Assembly: GCA_013265495.1 (NCBI GenBank)
Contig: MU057999.1
Span: 434,001-498,000 of the forward strand
DNA length: 64,000 nt
Direction of reading: 5' to 3'
Origin: Vicugna vicugna
Lineage: Eukaryota
Positions 40,859 through 54,158 of the stretch are shown here, piece by piece. A model generated the notes under the pieces. The model saw only the letters and a program-made list of their open reading frames with translations, did no database searches and was not told the DNA's origin. Both the position numbers and the translations under genes were made by a program. Position 1 is the stretch's first letter. The number at the start of each line of letters is the position of its first letter.

Positions 40859-41751
40859 AAATGCTTGGACATTCTACATGCCTTTGATTTGGTAGACACC
40901 TGGTGGTTGGTGACCCACAGTATGAAAACTTCACTCTGACCCTTGTGGACCCGTTCCTGGCAGTGCTCTGCAGGGCACCAGCCTTGAGTGTCTCTGCTTA
41001 GGGCTCACCCACCTCCCTGAAGGTCCAGCAAGAGGAGTTACGCTGTGTGCTTCTGAGCTTGGGCTCATGCTGGCTCCCATCCTCACTGGCCCCTCCGCCT
41101 GCACAGGTAGCTGGCACTCAGTTGATGTCATGGGATAGGCGGATAGGTTAAGCCTTGGTGCCCATGTAGAGCTCATGCCAGGTGTTCCGATCAGGGTGCA
41201 GCTGGGAAAAGGGAGACCATACTGGGTGTTTCGACAGAGAGGAGGTAATGCAGGGAATTGCTAACACAGCGGTTGAAGGGTTGACAAGACAGAAAGGCAC
41301 CATGAGGTCATTCAGAGGTCATGTCAAGCAGTTAAGTGGTTCCTCAGCCAGCTTACTTGCCACACATCCACAGATTTGCCTGGTGGGGGGACAGTGAGAT
41401 TTAGACAAATGGATTTAGACGGTTTATTTCTCGTAGCACAGCAGGCATCATGAGCTTCAGGTCTGCATCTGTTCCCTTGTCCTGTATTCCGTATCCTGTC
41501 CAGTGCAGTGGGGTAATAAAGAGACAGTGACAGAAAAAGGAAAAGGAAGGGGTGAGCCACCTGCAGGGACACGGAGGGGGCCTGAGGAGGACAGGAGGCC
41601 ACTCTTGGCCACCCAGGGCCCCTCTGGCCAGGCCTCAGCTCCCCGGTCTGCACCCGCTTCCTTCCTGCTGTGATCCCTGCCTGCCCTCACCTCAGTGTTC
41701 ATCCTCCCCGCTCCATGTTCCCACCTCTCAGTTCTCAGTTCCTGATTTGTC

Positions 41752-42583
41752 TTTTTTTTTTTTTTGGCTTTGATAACTAAACTAGTTTATTAAGTGAATC
41801 AGGCATTTTAATGAATACACAGTACTGATGTTTTATTCTTGGAAATAATTTCTTTTTAATTGACAACATCCATGAATTAGCAAAGCCCAGTAAGGAACTT
41901 GGCAAGATCCAGAGAACACAACTCTGTAAGTTCTGATCTATACATAGTCTTAATAGTAAAAACCTAAGAGCAAATAATATTCAGAATTTCCACTCTAAAG
42001 GACTGCTAAGACATGAAATTTTTTCCAACGTAGTTACATTCTTTTAAGAGAATTTTAGCCAGGTTTAGACTTTAGGCACTTTTAATGTTACATGCTTTAC
42101 AAAAGAAAGGGTTAGTTACCTATTCTTCACACCTTTTGCAGTCATCAGTTTAACTGAATATCAAGTAGCTGGTGCTATGAACTATTTTAACATTTTAAAG
42201 CTCTACATGACATATCTAAAAATGAAAATTCAAAATCATCTTCTTTATACCAGGTATCAAATACCATGAATTCATGGGATCTCTTTTCATGTTTGCTGTA
42301 ATTATTTGCTTAGTTTCTACTGTACTTTTAAAGTCATATATATATATAACTTTATATATATATATATATATATAAAATATAATTTTTTACTTTCTTATGG
42401 ACATGAATAGTGGCGGCTTGACTAGGGCCAACTTTTTGTGAATCACTCTACTCTGGGGCAGTATTTTATTTTGCAGCTGATCACGTAAGTAAACTCCAGG
42501 AAGACGAGCCTCTCTGGTCATTTCAGAGTTGTTTCCCAGTGCCTTGAACACAATAAATAATGATGAAATGTGATTATTGAGGA
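41752..42583 (-). pseudogene. Retroposed copy of an mRNA 3' end (UTR-only processed fragment), parent unidentified
   Basis: T14 at 41752-41765, minus-strand AATAAA at 41791-41786, AT-rich body with no repeat signature I recognise, degenerate ~18-bp TSD. Confidence 0.7.
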
Positions 42584-42599
42584 AGTCCCTAATTTTCTT

Positions 42600-43740
42600 T
42601 TAAACCACTTTATTGAAGTATGATTGACATGTAAAAGACCATACATATTTAATGTACACAACTCATTGAGTTTGGGGATAAACAGACACCTGTGAATCCA
42701 TCAGACCTTAGATGTATCCATCGCTCCGAAAGTTTCCTCCCACCTCCTTTATTGTTGTCGTTATTATTGTTATGGTTGTTATGTGTGTGGTAAGAACACT
42801 TAACAAAATTTTTAAGTCTACAGTGCAGTATTGTTAGCTACGGGCATGATGCTGTCACATGGATATCCAGAACTTATTTATCACATATCCCTGAAACTTG
42901 ATACCTTTGACCATCACCTCCCCGTTTCCCCCTCCCTCCAACCCCCACCATTTGACTCTCTGCATCTATAAATCTGACTATTTTAGATCCTACCTGTAAG
43001 TGAGATTATACAGTGTTTGTTTTTCTGTGTTTGGCTTCTTCCACTTAATATGGTGACCTCAGGGACCATTGTATGAGACCGGGCTCTCTAGAGACACAGA
43101 ACCAGCCGGATACATATGGATACATGGAAGAGGACCCTGATTTCGGGAGTCGGCGCCTGTAGTCTGGAGGTCGAGGAGTCCCACAATCTGCCATCTGCAA
43201 GGTAGAGAGCCAGGAAAGCTGGTGGCATAATTCAGTTCAAGTCTGAAGGGCTGAGAACCCCCTGGGGGGGGGCTATTGGTACCAGTTCTGGAGTCCAAAG
43301 GCCCAAGAACCAGGAGCTGTGACAGCCGAGGGCAGGAAAAGCTGGATGATGTCTCAGCTCAAGAAGAGACAGCATGTCAGCTCTTCCTTCACCTTTTTGT
43401 TCCCATCGCGCCTTCAGTGGATGGGCTGATGTCTGCCCACATTGCTGAGGGCAGGTCTCTTTACTCGGTCTACAGAACCAAATGCTGATCTCTTCCAGAA
43501 ATACCCTCACAGATGTATCCAGAAATAATGTTTTACCAGCCAGCTGGGTATCCCCTTAGGCTAGGCAAGTTGACACATAAAATTAACCATCACATCCATT
43601 TATGTTTTGTTGCAAATGGCAGGATTTTCTTCATTTTTTTAAGGCTAAAGAATATTCCACTGAATCACTGTACCACATTCTTTAAATCCATTTATTTGTC
43701 AGTGGTTATTTAAGCTGTTTCTGTATCTTGGCTGTTGGGA
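42600..43740 (-). mobile_element. L1 3' end split by an MLT2 LTR
   Basis: 'ctttattgaagtatgattgaca' start; L1 text resumes after 43599 ('ttgcaaatggcaggattttc'). Confidence 0.85.
43070..43594 (-). mobile_element. MLT2 (ERVL) solo LTR
   Basis: Ends 'caagttgacacataaaattaaccatcaca'; 5-bp TSD accat/tccat. Confidence 0.88.
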
Positions 43741-44179
43741 ATCTCAGCCCCTGACTTAGCCTATCCAAGCTCACCATGTCCCTGGTGAGTCAGACTTTGG
43801 ACCAGAATACTCCTGCCACTACATGTGAACAACAGAGGAAGAGAGAATTTGGTACCCAGTCCTCTGGATAAGGTCCAAGGGTCACAAAGGAGACTGTTTA
43901 GCACCTCACAGCTAGAAGGGATTTTAGCTATCACCTAGTTGAAACTTTAATTTCGTGGACAAGAAGGCTGCACTAAGAGACTCCGGGCTCCCTCAGGTCC
44001 CAGGTTCCTCCAGTATGTTCTTGCCCACCAACCCAGAGCTCTCCCAGCCCAACCTGGGCTGGCCAGGTCTGTAGCATCAGACCTTGTCTAGGGCAGTCAT
44101 ACCACTGGATATCATCTGTCCTTGCTTCTCTCCATGTGTCTTTGTGCTGCGAGCTCTTTCTTTGTGGGGAAGGATGGCA

Positions 44180-44815
44180 GAAAAGGCTGGGTTCAAACCT
44201 GGGCTCTGACAGTTACTTGCTGAGTGACCTTGACCATGACTTCCCTTCTCTGAGACTGAACCTCCTTGCTCTAAGAATGCAGGTCTCTCTTGTTAATGGT
44301 GTGGTACAGATTGAATGAAATAATTTTTATGCATAAGGCAGCTACTGCATAATGGAAAGAAGTTGGAAGACCTGGGTTCAGTTTCCAGACTTGCTAGCTG
44401 TCTGACCTTGGGCAAAGTTATGGCCTCCCTGACCTCAACATACTGATCTGTACTAGGGGGATAACAATTCCTTTCAAAAACAGTTATGATGATGATGATG
44501 ATTTTTATTCATCCAGTCATTGAACAAATATTTATTAAACTATAAACTATTATGTGCCATTCTAGATGCTAGGAAAGCAACAATGAATAAGAACTATAGA
44601 ATCTGTCATCATGGAATTTATATTCTATTGGGGGAGACAATAAGCAAATGAATAGAAGCATGTATAATTTAATATTCTGAAGTGAAAAGGGCTACGAAAA
44701 ATGAGGCGGGAGGTTAGGGGAGGAGAGAAAAGAGAGACTGATTGTAGGAAGGCACTTGGTAAACTATAGAGCACCAAATAATTGTCTGGTATTTAATAGG
44801 TACTTAGCAAATGCT
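44180..44815. mobile_element. MIR and L2 fragments
   Basis: 'ctgggttcaaacctgggctctgac...gtgaccttg', 'cattgaacaaatatttattaaac'. Confidence 0.65.
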
Positions 44816-44842
44816 AATTCCCTTCTCTTCTTGTCTACATTT

Positions 44843-44964
44843 AAAATTTTTTAAATTAACCTATTCTCTCTTATTATTATTATTTAATGGAGGTGCTGAG
44901 GATTGAACCCAGGACCTCATGCGTGCTAAGCATGTGCTCTACCTCTGAGATATGCCGTTCCCCC
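44843..44964 (-). mobile_element. Vic-1-like SINE
   Basis: SINE core; perfect 14-bp TSD tcttgtctacattt at 44829-44842 and 44965-44978. Confidence 0.92.
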
Positions 44965-47257
44965 TCTTGTCTACATTTCTTATTTCCACCTTCCTTAGGC
45001 AATCCTGTGCAGTGTTTCTCCTCACACACCACCTCTTGCAGCCCTTGGGCCAGGCACTGGGCACCCAGCAATCGCAGGGCATCAACCACAGTAGGAAGTT
45101 TGGTGCAAGACAGCAGAAAGGCAAGGAAACCGAGACACACAGTATAGCCGGGAACCATTCCCCTTGGTGCTGGCTGCTGCCTGTGCGCTGGAGCCTTGCC
45201 CTTTCAGGGCTGGGAGCTTCTCCTGGGCAGAGCTGTCAATTTAGAAATGAAGAGGTTCTCTGAAAATACCTCGATTATTAAGGCTCAAGCCTCTTGCTCC
45301 CAAATTTATTTGTAACAATGCAGCTTAGCATCATTAATTTATCTTATCCACCTAAAACTTAAAAAGCAATTCCAAAATGTAGAGCAAAGACAAGGGAAAA
45401 AAGAAAAAAAAATTCATAAAAAGAGACAAAGAAAGAATATTTAAGAAGTCTAACATTTTTTCACATATAACGTGTTCTCTGTCCCCTGCGCTCTCCCCAT
45501 TCGCTATGAATCGCTCCAGGTGCGAGGTGCTTGTCTGTCCTGCTGAGAGTTCAAGGTCCGGAATGTGCTTGACGAGCTCTGCTCAGGGTTTCAGAGGGAC
45601 AGCTTACCTCTTTGGGGAGAGAAGAGCCTAAAACAACCTTCCCTCTGTGGCAAATCCTCCCTTTCACCCTCTTCCTCCTTCGAGAACCCCCATCTCAAGC
45701 CCCCTCTCTGGGAGGGGCAGGCACCTGCAATTCCCCTCTGAGCAAGGCCGGGTCCTGGTGCTGGAGGCCAGGCCGGGTGAGGACACAGAGGCCCCCGCTC
45801 AGGGAATTCTCAGGTAGAACTTGGAATCAGAGGCCCTACTTTCAGGTCCAGCTCAACCTTTTACCACCAGTATGAGGCCAGCCTCAGTTTCCCCATTTGT
45901 GAAATGAGAGGGCGGGCAGAGATAGCATTCCCGCAGATGTTATCCACATACAGCAGCCCCTCAGGATGCTCTGGGGGCAGGAGGCTCCTGGCTCCAGGAG
46001 CACCCTCGGAAGGCCTGCATTGCACCCAGCCCGCAGCCCACCCTGGAGGGACACAGAGCCCTTTCCTGCCAGGTGCCTGCAGGTAGCCTTCTGGGAAGTG
46101 CCGGCTGGGGGTTTCTATATGCCTTTTCCAGTCAGACAGCCCAGGGCTCAAGAACACCGTGGCAGGGATGTGAGGCTCTGAGCATCCTCCCTGACCTGTG
46201 GCCTGTGGTCACAGCCCGCCTCCATGGAGCTGGTCCAGCTGCTGGGGGCCTGACTGTCTGCAGGCTGGGGGTTGAATGGGCAGACCTGCCCAGGTGCACA
46301 GCCACTGCCGGTCCAGCCACAGCCGTGAGCAAGCGGGGCTTCACCGCCAGTGCCTCAGACTGGCTGCCTCATCCTGCCCTTCCTCACACCCTCCCCCAGC
46401 TTTTCCAACATTCCCCAGGGCAAGGGACATCACTGTGACTATACTGTGGCAGGGCAGGGTGACTTTGCCTGGCGGGGCCCCCATCAGGGTCACCAGCAGG
46501 GACAAGGCCCGGCTTCTAGAAGTGGAAAAGGAACAGGGCCGTCAGAGCAGGCAGTTAATTTGGTTCCCTCCCCTCTCTTGCTGCTTCCTCACCAGGCTAT
46601 ACTCGCCTCCTTCCAGAAAGAGGTGACAAGTGAACCCATCGTTGGTGCAGGAGAGAAAGGACAATGCATAAAGCCCCCTGGTGACTGAGATCGTGGTGGT
46701 GAAGGTCAGCCAGGGCAAGATGGAGACCTCGGTGGGTGCAGGGCTGGCCGGGGGCCCAGCTGGCACGGCCGCAGGAGCCGGCGGGAGCTCTGGCTGGAGC
46801 GCAGGCTGAGTCATCGTAGGCCAGCGTCGTCACACCGTGAGTGATGAGCACCTTGAGGGAGTTCAACGTCACTGACGCGTCTGGAAGGTGAGTCAGGGAC
46901 CCACAGGACAGAGGTCTCCACCTTCCTGGGAATGGCTGCTTCTACTGCCTTGTCCTGATAAGTTTCCTCCCCCAAGTGACCTCAGAGGAATGAATAGTTT
47001 TGCAAATGACGTTTGGACAGCAAAGTGAGCTAGTGTGCATCAGGGCCCCGAAGGGCAGACCTGTGGGGCTTCAGAGGCTGATAACTTTCCTCTACTTCCT
47101 GCCCGCCCTCCTTCCCTTCTTCTATCATGTCTACACTCATCTTTCAAATATTTACTAAACAGCTACCGCTGGGAACAGAGATGAGCAAGACACAGATGGT
47201 CCCTGCTGTCACACACCCTGTGGTCTAGGGTGGGAGAAGGGCACCAAACAATCACAA

Positions 47258-47576
47258 TTTTTTTTTCTCTGTGATTTATCATAACATTTTGTGTATATTT
47301 CCCTGTGCTATACAGTGTAATCTTGTTTATCTATTCTACAATTTTGAAATCCCAGTCTGTCCCTTCCCACCCTCCACCCCCCTGGTAACCACAAGTCTGT
47401 ATTCTCTGTCCATGAGTCTATTTCTGTCCTGTATTTATGCTTTGTTTTTGTTTGTTTGTTTGCTTTTGTTTTTGTTTTTTAGATTCCACATATGAGCGAT
47501 CTCATATGGTATTTTTCTTTCTCTTTCTGGCTTACTTCACTTAGAATGACATTCTCTAGGAGCATCCATGTTGCTG
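47258..47576 (-). mobile_element. Young L1 3' region fragment
   Basis: 'ccctgtgctatacag', 'tttagattccacatatgagcgatctcatatggtatttttctttctctttctggcttacttcacttag'; flanked by caattttttttt. Confidence 0.85.
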
Positions 47577-50283
47577 CAATTTTTTTTTCATTTGTAAATG
47601 AAAATTTATGTAAGTTAACACTCCAAATTCTACACATGAAATTGTCCAGAGTCAACTGTGACTAACGGAGGTTTGTCTGGGCACGAAGAACAAAGGTCTT
47701 TACAGTGTATTCGCACACAGCTCTCACAGAGGCTGGGTCCTAATTCCCAAAGTGCAGCTCTTCAGGAGAGAGGTCTTAACAGGAACTGAAGCGCAGGGAG
47801 AAACTCTGCATATATGGGCAAAAATTGCAATTTTTGCAAAATTTTATAAAATGGGCCCATTTATTATTTTACTGACCTGCAGTCAGTACCTAGTCCGGGG
47901 GTTCTGCATGCCTCTGACAGAGGTCTCGGCAGGACCTGAAGGGCCAAGGACGACTTCCTTGAGGACAAGACACTTAGGATGAGACAGAAAGGATGGAAAT
48001 TTCACAGGGAAGAGTATTCCAAGCAGAGGGGACACAGAGGTGGAGGCTTTGAGAAACAGTGTGGCCTGAGAGAGGGTGTGAAGGGGAAGGGCAGGAGTCA
48101 GGTCAGGCAGGGCCTGGGGTGGGATATGGGGTGGGGTGGGGGCTGCGCTGAGAATCAGAATTTATCTTAGGAGTCATTCTCAGGCATGGGACGAGGGAGG
48201 AATGGGTCCCTGCTGGCCCCACATGGCAGTTGTGGTGGAGGTCCCCCCAGCATCAGTCACACCTTCATCAGGGTGAGAGCCCACGGTCAGGGAGAGGCTC
48301 AGGACCAGATATTCTGCTCCAGGAGGCTGGCTTCCAGGGATCTTCCAGATAACACCCATAGTGAGTGACTGTGGGCAATGCCTCAGTCCCCCTTATTGTA
48401 AAATGGGTCTAATAAAATTCAGATCAGTGTGTCGAATTTCTAAGGATAAACAATGGCAGTGGCTGGAGGGGACTAGCACTCTTTTAATGGATAGTCCAGG
48501 CCTAGACAGAGGCTGCTGACTGCCCCCTCTAAACCAGAACACCCCAGGGTCACGGAACATAGCAGTCTCTTTATGGTGAGGTGGTACCATGCTCTAGGAA
48601 TTGGAGAGATCCCAAAGAAAATCAGGTAGTTCACAGATACTTTGATGTAGTGGAAGGAGTCCAGGCTTTGGGGCCAGAAAGACTTGGACTTGCATTCTGG
48701 ATCTGCCACAATTTGTGTGACCTTCAGCAGGTAACTTAACCTATCTGAGCCGCACATTTTCATCTGTAACTAGGGGACAGTTGCAAAATGCTTATCCAGT
48801 TGTTTCAAGGGTTACATATGGTGTTTGTAAGTAGCAAAGGCAGGGAAATGCTCCAACCATCTGAGAGAGATGGCTTCTCACCTGCGCTCTGAGGAGAGGC
48901 CCCGAAGGCGATCAGTGCCCTGCAACAGTCCTTTATCGGTCAACCATCACTTCTAGAAAGTCCTGCCTATGTCTCTGCATGGCAGCTGGAGCCCATCTCC
49001 TCTGTTCTCTCCTAGATCGAGTCTGGCAGTATCTGGGCATCATCACCAGAGAGAGGGACCTGGGCCCCTGGCCACTTGCAGGACCTCTCCCCTTAGCTGC
49101 CACTACAGAGCTCACGGGACATGGGATTCTGTTCCCGCTGAAAACGCAGGTGGGCTACCTGGATTAAATCTTGTGCACACAGGCTCAGGCACCCCTTCCT
49201 CTGTCTTTGGGGCACACACCGACACTTACCACTACAGGCTCTAAACATTCCCAGGACCAGGGCAGGAGAGACCAACTCTGAGGTGAGCAAGGGGCCAGGA
49301 TGAGGATACAGGGTTTCTGGGGCTGTAACACACGCACACATACACACAAACATGGACACACACAATTATGTAATACACACAGGTAAGGGGACCCAAAACC
49401 GAGAGACCCCCAGACACCTGAGTCCATGATAATGTTATTTAACTTTTCCATATCTCATATCTCCTGTCTGCAAACAGGGATGATAGTAAAAGGGTAATGT
49501 GGTGAGCGTTACACAGTAAGGTACATGGAACATTGCCTGGCTGAGACTGGGCTCAGCGTTTATTAGTTATGACTTATGAGAGCTGGAAAACCCTCAGAGG
49601 GCACAGACAACCCAGGGAACACCAATACCCCAGGCCCTCGGGGTCAGATCACAGGCACACACATAACCTCAGGTCCGAGCACAGACACAGGTGCAGGTGC
49701 CCATCTGAGAGAAGCCCGCTGGTGGCCACTGCGATCAGGCTCACACGGCTTGGTCTGGGCCCAGTTAGACCTGGTCTGTTTCAGCCAGACTGCAGGAAAG
49801 AAAATGAAACTGTGCAATAAATTCAAGTGAGCAGAATTTTGAGATGGAGTGTGGAGGGAGGGCAGGGAGATGAGGAGGGTGTGCGGAGAGCCCGGGGCTG
49901 GGCCTGAGAGGTCAAAGCCTCCTTCAGGAGGTCAGAGAGTCTGCCTGAAGCTGCCTAGGGCCTGGGCCTGCAATGTAGCCCCCATTCCATCCTCTGACTC
50001 TCCAGTGGAAGGTGTATTGCTAGCAGTGCCTGGCGTGACAGGTGTTTGGAGATGATCTGAGAAAGGCGTCTGTGTTCTGATCTGAGTTGATGCAGTGCCG
50101 GCCACGCTCAGCGGCAGGGGACGAGTGGAGTTCACTGGGAGCAGGACATTAGAGCAAGCTGACCAGGAGAAAGGGAAGACACCCGAGGCCACTTGAGAAC
50201 GCGGACCGGGGCTGTGACAGTGGCTGGACGACCTTCCAGGTGGCCCACTTATGAATTATAAATAGAGCAAAAATGTAAGCCCA

Positions 50284-50392
50284 CGAATATATGTATGTAA
50301 ATGCATGACTGGGATATTGTGCTGTACACCAGAAACTGACACATTGTAACTGACTACACTTCAAAAAAATGAAATAAAATAAAATAAAAAAA
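50284..50392 (+). mobile_element. Very short L1 3' tail
   Basis: 'gctgtacaccagaaactgacacattgtaactgact' plus A-rich tail; degenerate TSD aaatgt(aag/gat)ccc. Confidence 0.8.
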
Positions 50393-51089
50393 GAAATGTG
50401 ATCCCCTTTGTCTACCTTTCTCTACAGCAATATCCCCACCTGCTATGGGAGGCGGGAGGGAGGGTGTGGGAACTCTGTGGGTTTAGTAGGAGGAAGCTCT
50501 GTGACAAGCGAGTGTGGGCAGAGGAGACTTGCACGCAGTGCGGGTTAGAGTGTGAGGGCGTCCTCTAGGAACTTTCTCTCAATTCATTAAGAGCTGTCCG
50601 TGATCCCGCACTGATTGTATTTAACAGGAGTCTGTGAGCGGCCCTGGGATAATTAGTCCCTATCGCCTTTCTCTCCAGGATGACGCTCCCCACCCCTATA
50701 ATCTGTGATTAACACGCACTGGCTCTGGACGTCAGAAGGGATTAAAGGAGGGGGTGAAGCGGTTTTGAAGAAAAGGTGGCCATCTGGATGGTGCAGGTGC
50801 AAGGGCTGGGCTGGAAGGTGGCATATGGTTTGGTTTCCCGAAGACAAATTAGGGACCACAGAAGATGACAGACAGGCAGGTGCTGGGTCATTGTGAAAGG
50901 GTTTTGCCCAGGTGAAACAAAGATTTTTTCTTCCATGTAAGTTTGGGCAAAGCACAAGGATTTCATCACTGTTTATTAGCTGCCTTTCAGATTTTGCCCA
51001 CAAATGCAAGAGGAATCTCTTTATGGCAAACTAATTTGGAAAGTAACTCAAGCAATAAAAAGAAAAGAAAGGAAAAGCCAGGCAGAACT

Positions 51090-51385
51090 AACATCCTATT
51101 TATCCACAATTCCAAAAGGTAAAATAGCTCTGAAAACTAGATGTTTTTTAAAAACCCATTTGGCAGCCCAGCCTGACCTGAACTGACCTGAAGCTCTTTG
51201 CCATCTTTACCCCACATAGTACAAATGTTTGGTGCATAAATACTAATGCGTTTGACTATTGAGTCCTGCCCTACACCTTGCTGGGGTTTTACACAATACA
51301 GGTGATATGCACTATTTAATTCCCTAAAATCCAAAAAGTTCTGGATTCTGAAACACATCTGGCCCCCAAGATATGTGCACAGGTA
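51090..51385. mobile_element. Ancient Tigger-like DNA transposon remnant
   Basis: 'ttatccacaattccaaaa' and 'ttctggattctgaaacacatctggcccccaag'; family uncertain. Confidence 0.45.
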
Positions 51386-53264
51386 CCTCTTACCTCCAGG
51401 GACAGCTGAGAATGCCAGGTGGGCTGCCTGGAGGTGAGTCTCAGCATGGGATGTTCAGTTGTAAGAGAGTGGGAGAGATGCCAGAGAAAGGCTACAGCTC
51501 TTTGTATGGGTACACTTGGGGAGGTGTACCCTTGGGGAGGGGGCAATGGGGGCTACATTGGGTTTGGAGAGCAGAGGGATGCTACATGCCCAGGCTGGTT
51601 CTACTGACTTGAGGGTGTGAAATTTAAACAGAGGGAGAGAAGCCCTTAGGAATGTCATCCTCCTGGCTGAAATGAGAATTCACTCAGAAATAGTACAGAT
51701 AATTAAAATATGTTTGATGGTAGCTTTCTTTTTAACAGACTCATTCAACAAGGTCCACCTGCCAAGCCACTGCCACTCCTTTTACACCACATTTCAGACA
51801 TCTGGGATGTGATTTTGCCGTACCCTGACCTGCCTTTTTTGTTTCCATCACTCGGGTCCCAGTCCTGTGGCCCACAGTGTCCCTTCCTGGGCAGTGAGGA
51901 GGAAGGTGGAGGTGGGAGGGAGCAGGGCCAGGGGATCATAAATAGATTCCACCTTCCCGTTCTCACTGAGGCCTCCTGAGATTTCCCAAACAGCTGCAGC
52001 AGCAGCAGCCGGGGCCACAGAAGTGTGGGTGTCACCGAGGACACAGCCTCAGGTAAAAGGGTGACTGCGAGGGAGGGAAAATCAAGGGGTCCTGTGGGCT
52101 GGGAGCGCCAGAGCAGCCTGATGAGAAAGGCTAAACAAGTAATAAACACCCAGAGAGCACTCAACATAAAGGAGAAAACTTACCAATTTCTTGGACAAAT
52201 TTTTTAAAAATACAGTGCAATTCAAAAAGAAATAGCCTGTGTGGCATTTCTGCAGAGAACCCCATGACCTGCATCATTAACAGTGGTTTTATCATTGACA
52301 TAGAGGTAAATTTTTAATGATTTTTTGGTTGATGTTACTTATAACGGAAGACTTCAAGTGGGGTTCCAGGCCAGTGATTCTTTGGGGCCACCGTGTGCAT
52401 GCATTACAAGCACTCCTGTTACAAAGTGTGCGGGGACAGGCTGTGCCAGGTCTCCTGCTCAGGGCGCACAGAGATGTTGGTGGTCAGGGCTTACTGGGCA
52501 GGAGAGGCTGAGGCTGTGGGTGGGGAACCTGGAGTCCTCTTTACAGACTAAAGGACTTCCAAAAGGAGGAGGAATCAGGGAGCCGGAATCAATGCGAGGA
52601 GTGTCCATGGTCACTTCCTGTCTGGCTCCATCGAGGGAAGAATGCTTCTGAAATGACAGAATCACGGGAGGTGTTTAAGCAAAGGCTGACAACTCCTTGA
52701 CAGACATACTGCCAAGGTAATTCGTATCAGGTTGGGGATTAAAATATACAAGTTATTCTCATCAGGAAAGACGGGAGAGACGGTTTCCAAATCCCTGGGT
52801 GGAGGGGGGCAGCAAATTACATTTGTTGCGGGAGGCAGTGATCTGCCCCTCCCCAAATCTCACATCCCAAGTCACTGAAGCCGAGGGGTAGGCATCGCGT
52901 TCCTCACGCTGCTGGAAAGGGTGGGCTGAGGACCTCTGGGCTGGTACTCTCACCTGGGGTACTCAGAGCAACAAATACCTGAGTAACTAATGGACAAATA
53001 CTGAGTAGGATCTTCCCAGCAGTATTGCAGGAAGGGAAGCTGAGCTCGTGTCTGACTTTTTGCAGACTTTTCAGGGGTTGCCTGTTTTTTCCCATGTAAA
53101 CAGAACCCCCAAACTCCACTGCATCCACTGGCCTGGCTAGGGGCTGCTTCTGGTTTGTAGGTGATTGAATACAAAAGACTGAGGTGTTGACAAGTATTTA
53201 AAAGTGGGAGAAATGTGGAACTATCTGATTTACATCTATCTCCCACTGCCTTTCCCCATGCCAA

Positions 53265-53462
53265 GAGCTAGCCAGCAGAACTCTCCGCGATGGCAGAAAT
53301 GTCCCCTGCTGTCCAATATGACGGGCACGCGCCACAGGTGGCTACTGAGCACTTGCAATGTGGCTAGTGTGAACGAGGGGCTGAAGTTTTAGTCTCATTT
53401 AATTTTTATTGCTGTAATTTCAGTAGCCACTTACAGCTAAAGCCTGCTGTATCAGATAGCAC
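53265..53462. mobile_element. MER3-like hAT-Charlie element
   Basis: 'gctgtccaatatg...gccacaggtggctactgagcacttgcaatgtggctagtg'. Confidence 0.75.
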
Positions 53463-53486
53463 GCAGGTAAGGAGGGTGCTAGGCTA

Positions 53487-53788
53487 CAATCAGCCCTCCT
53501 TACCTGCGAGTTCTGAGTCTGTAGAGTCAGCCAAATTCGTAACGAAAATATTCAGAAAAAAGTTCCATAAGTTTCCAAAAAGCAAAGTTTGAATTTGCAA
53601 CTATTTACACAGCATTTACATTGTATTAGTCATCTACATTGTGTAAGTAATCTAGACATGGTTTAAAGGACATGAGGATGTTTGTAGCTTATGTGCAAAT
53701 ACTGTGCCATTTTGTATAAAGGACTTGAGCATCCTCAGATTTTGGTATCCCAGGATACCAGTCCCCCACGGATACCAAGGGGCAACTG
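53487..53788. mobile_element. Tigger3-like non-autonomous element
   Basis: TA-flanked termini caatcagccctcc and ggataccaaggggcaactg; internal 'aaggacttgagcatcctcagattttggtatcc'. Confidence 0.8.
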
Positions 53789-54158
53789 TATTTAATCTCT
53801 TAGAGCAGAATTTGTGTTTAAAAAAACCTTTGTTATCTCCAACTCCTTGGATAATGCCAAGAAATAGACATTGGATAAATAGTGAATATAAAGGAGGGTG
53901 TTTCGGGAGGCTTCTGGAGAGGGCATGGGTGAAATCTCAGGACTGCTAAAGGACTGTCTTTAGTCGATTAATGTAAAAAGCGAATCACTGGAATCACTGT
54001 TGGCTGGTTTGTCTGCAGTTTTGTTTTCCTCATTGATTTTGGGAATTTCTGCCATTTAAACTCTAGTTCGACGCATGTTGACAAATGCACACAAATGTGT
54101 AACCACCACCAAAATCAAGATACAGAGCATTTCATCCCCACAAAAGTGCCCTCGTACC

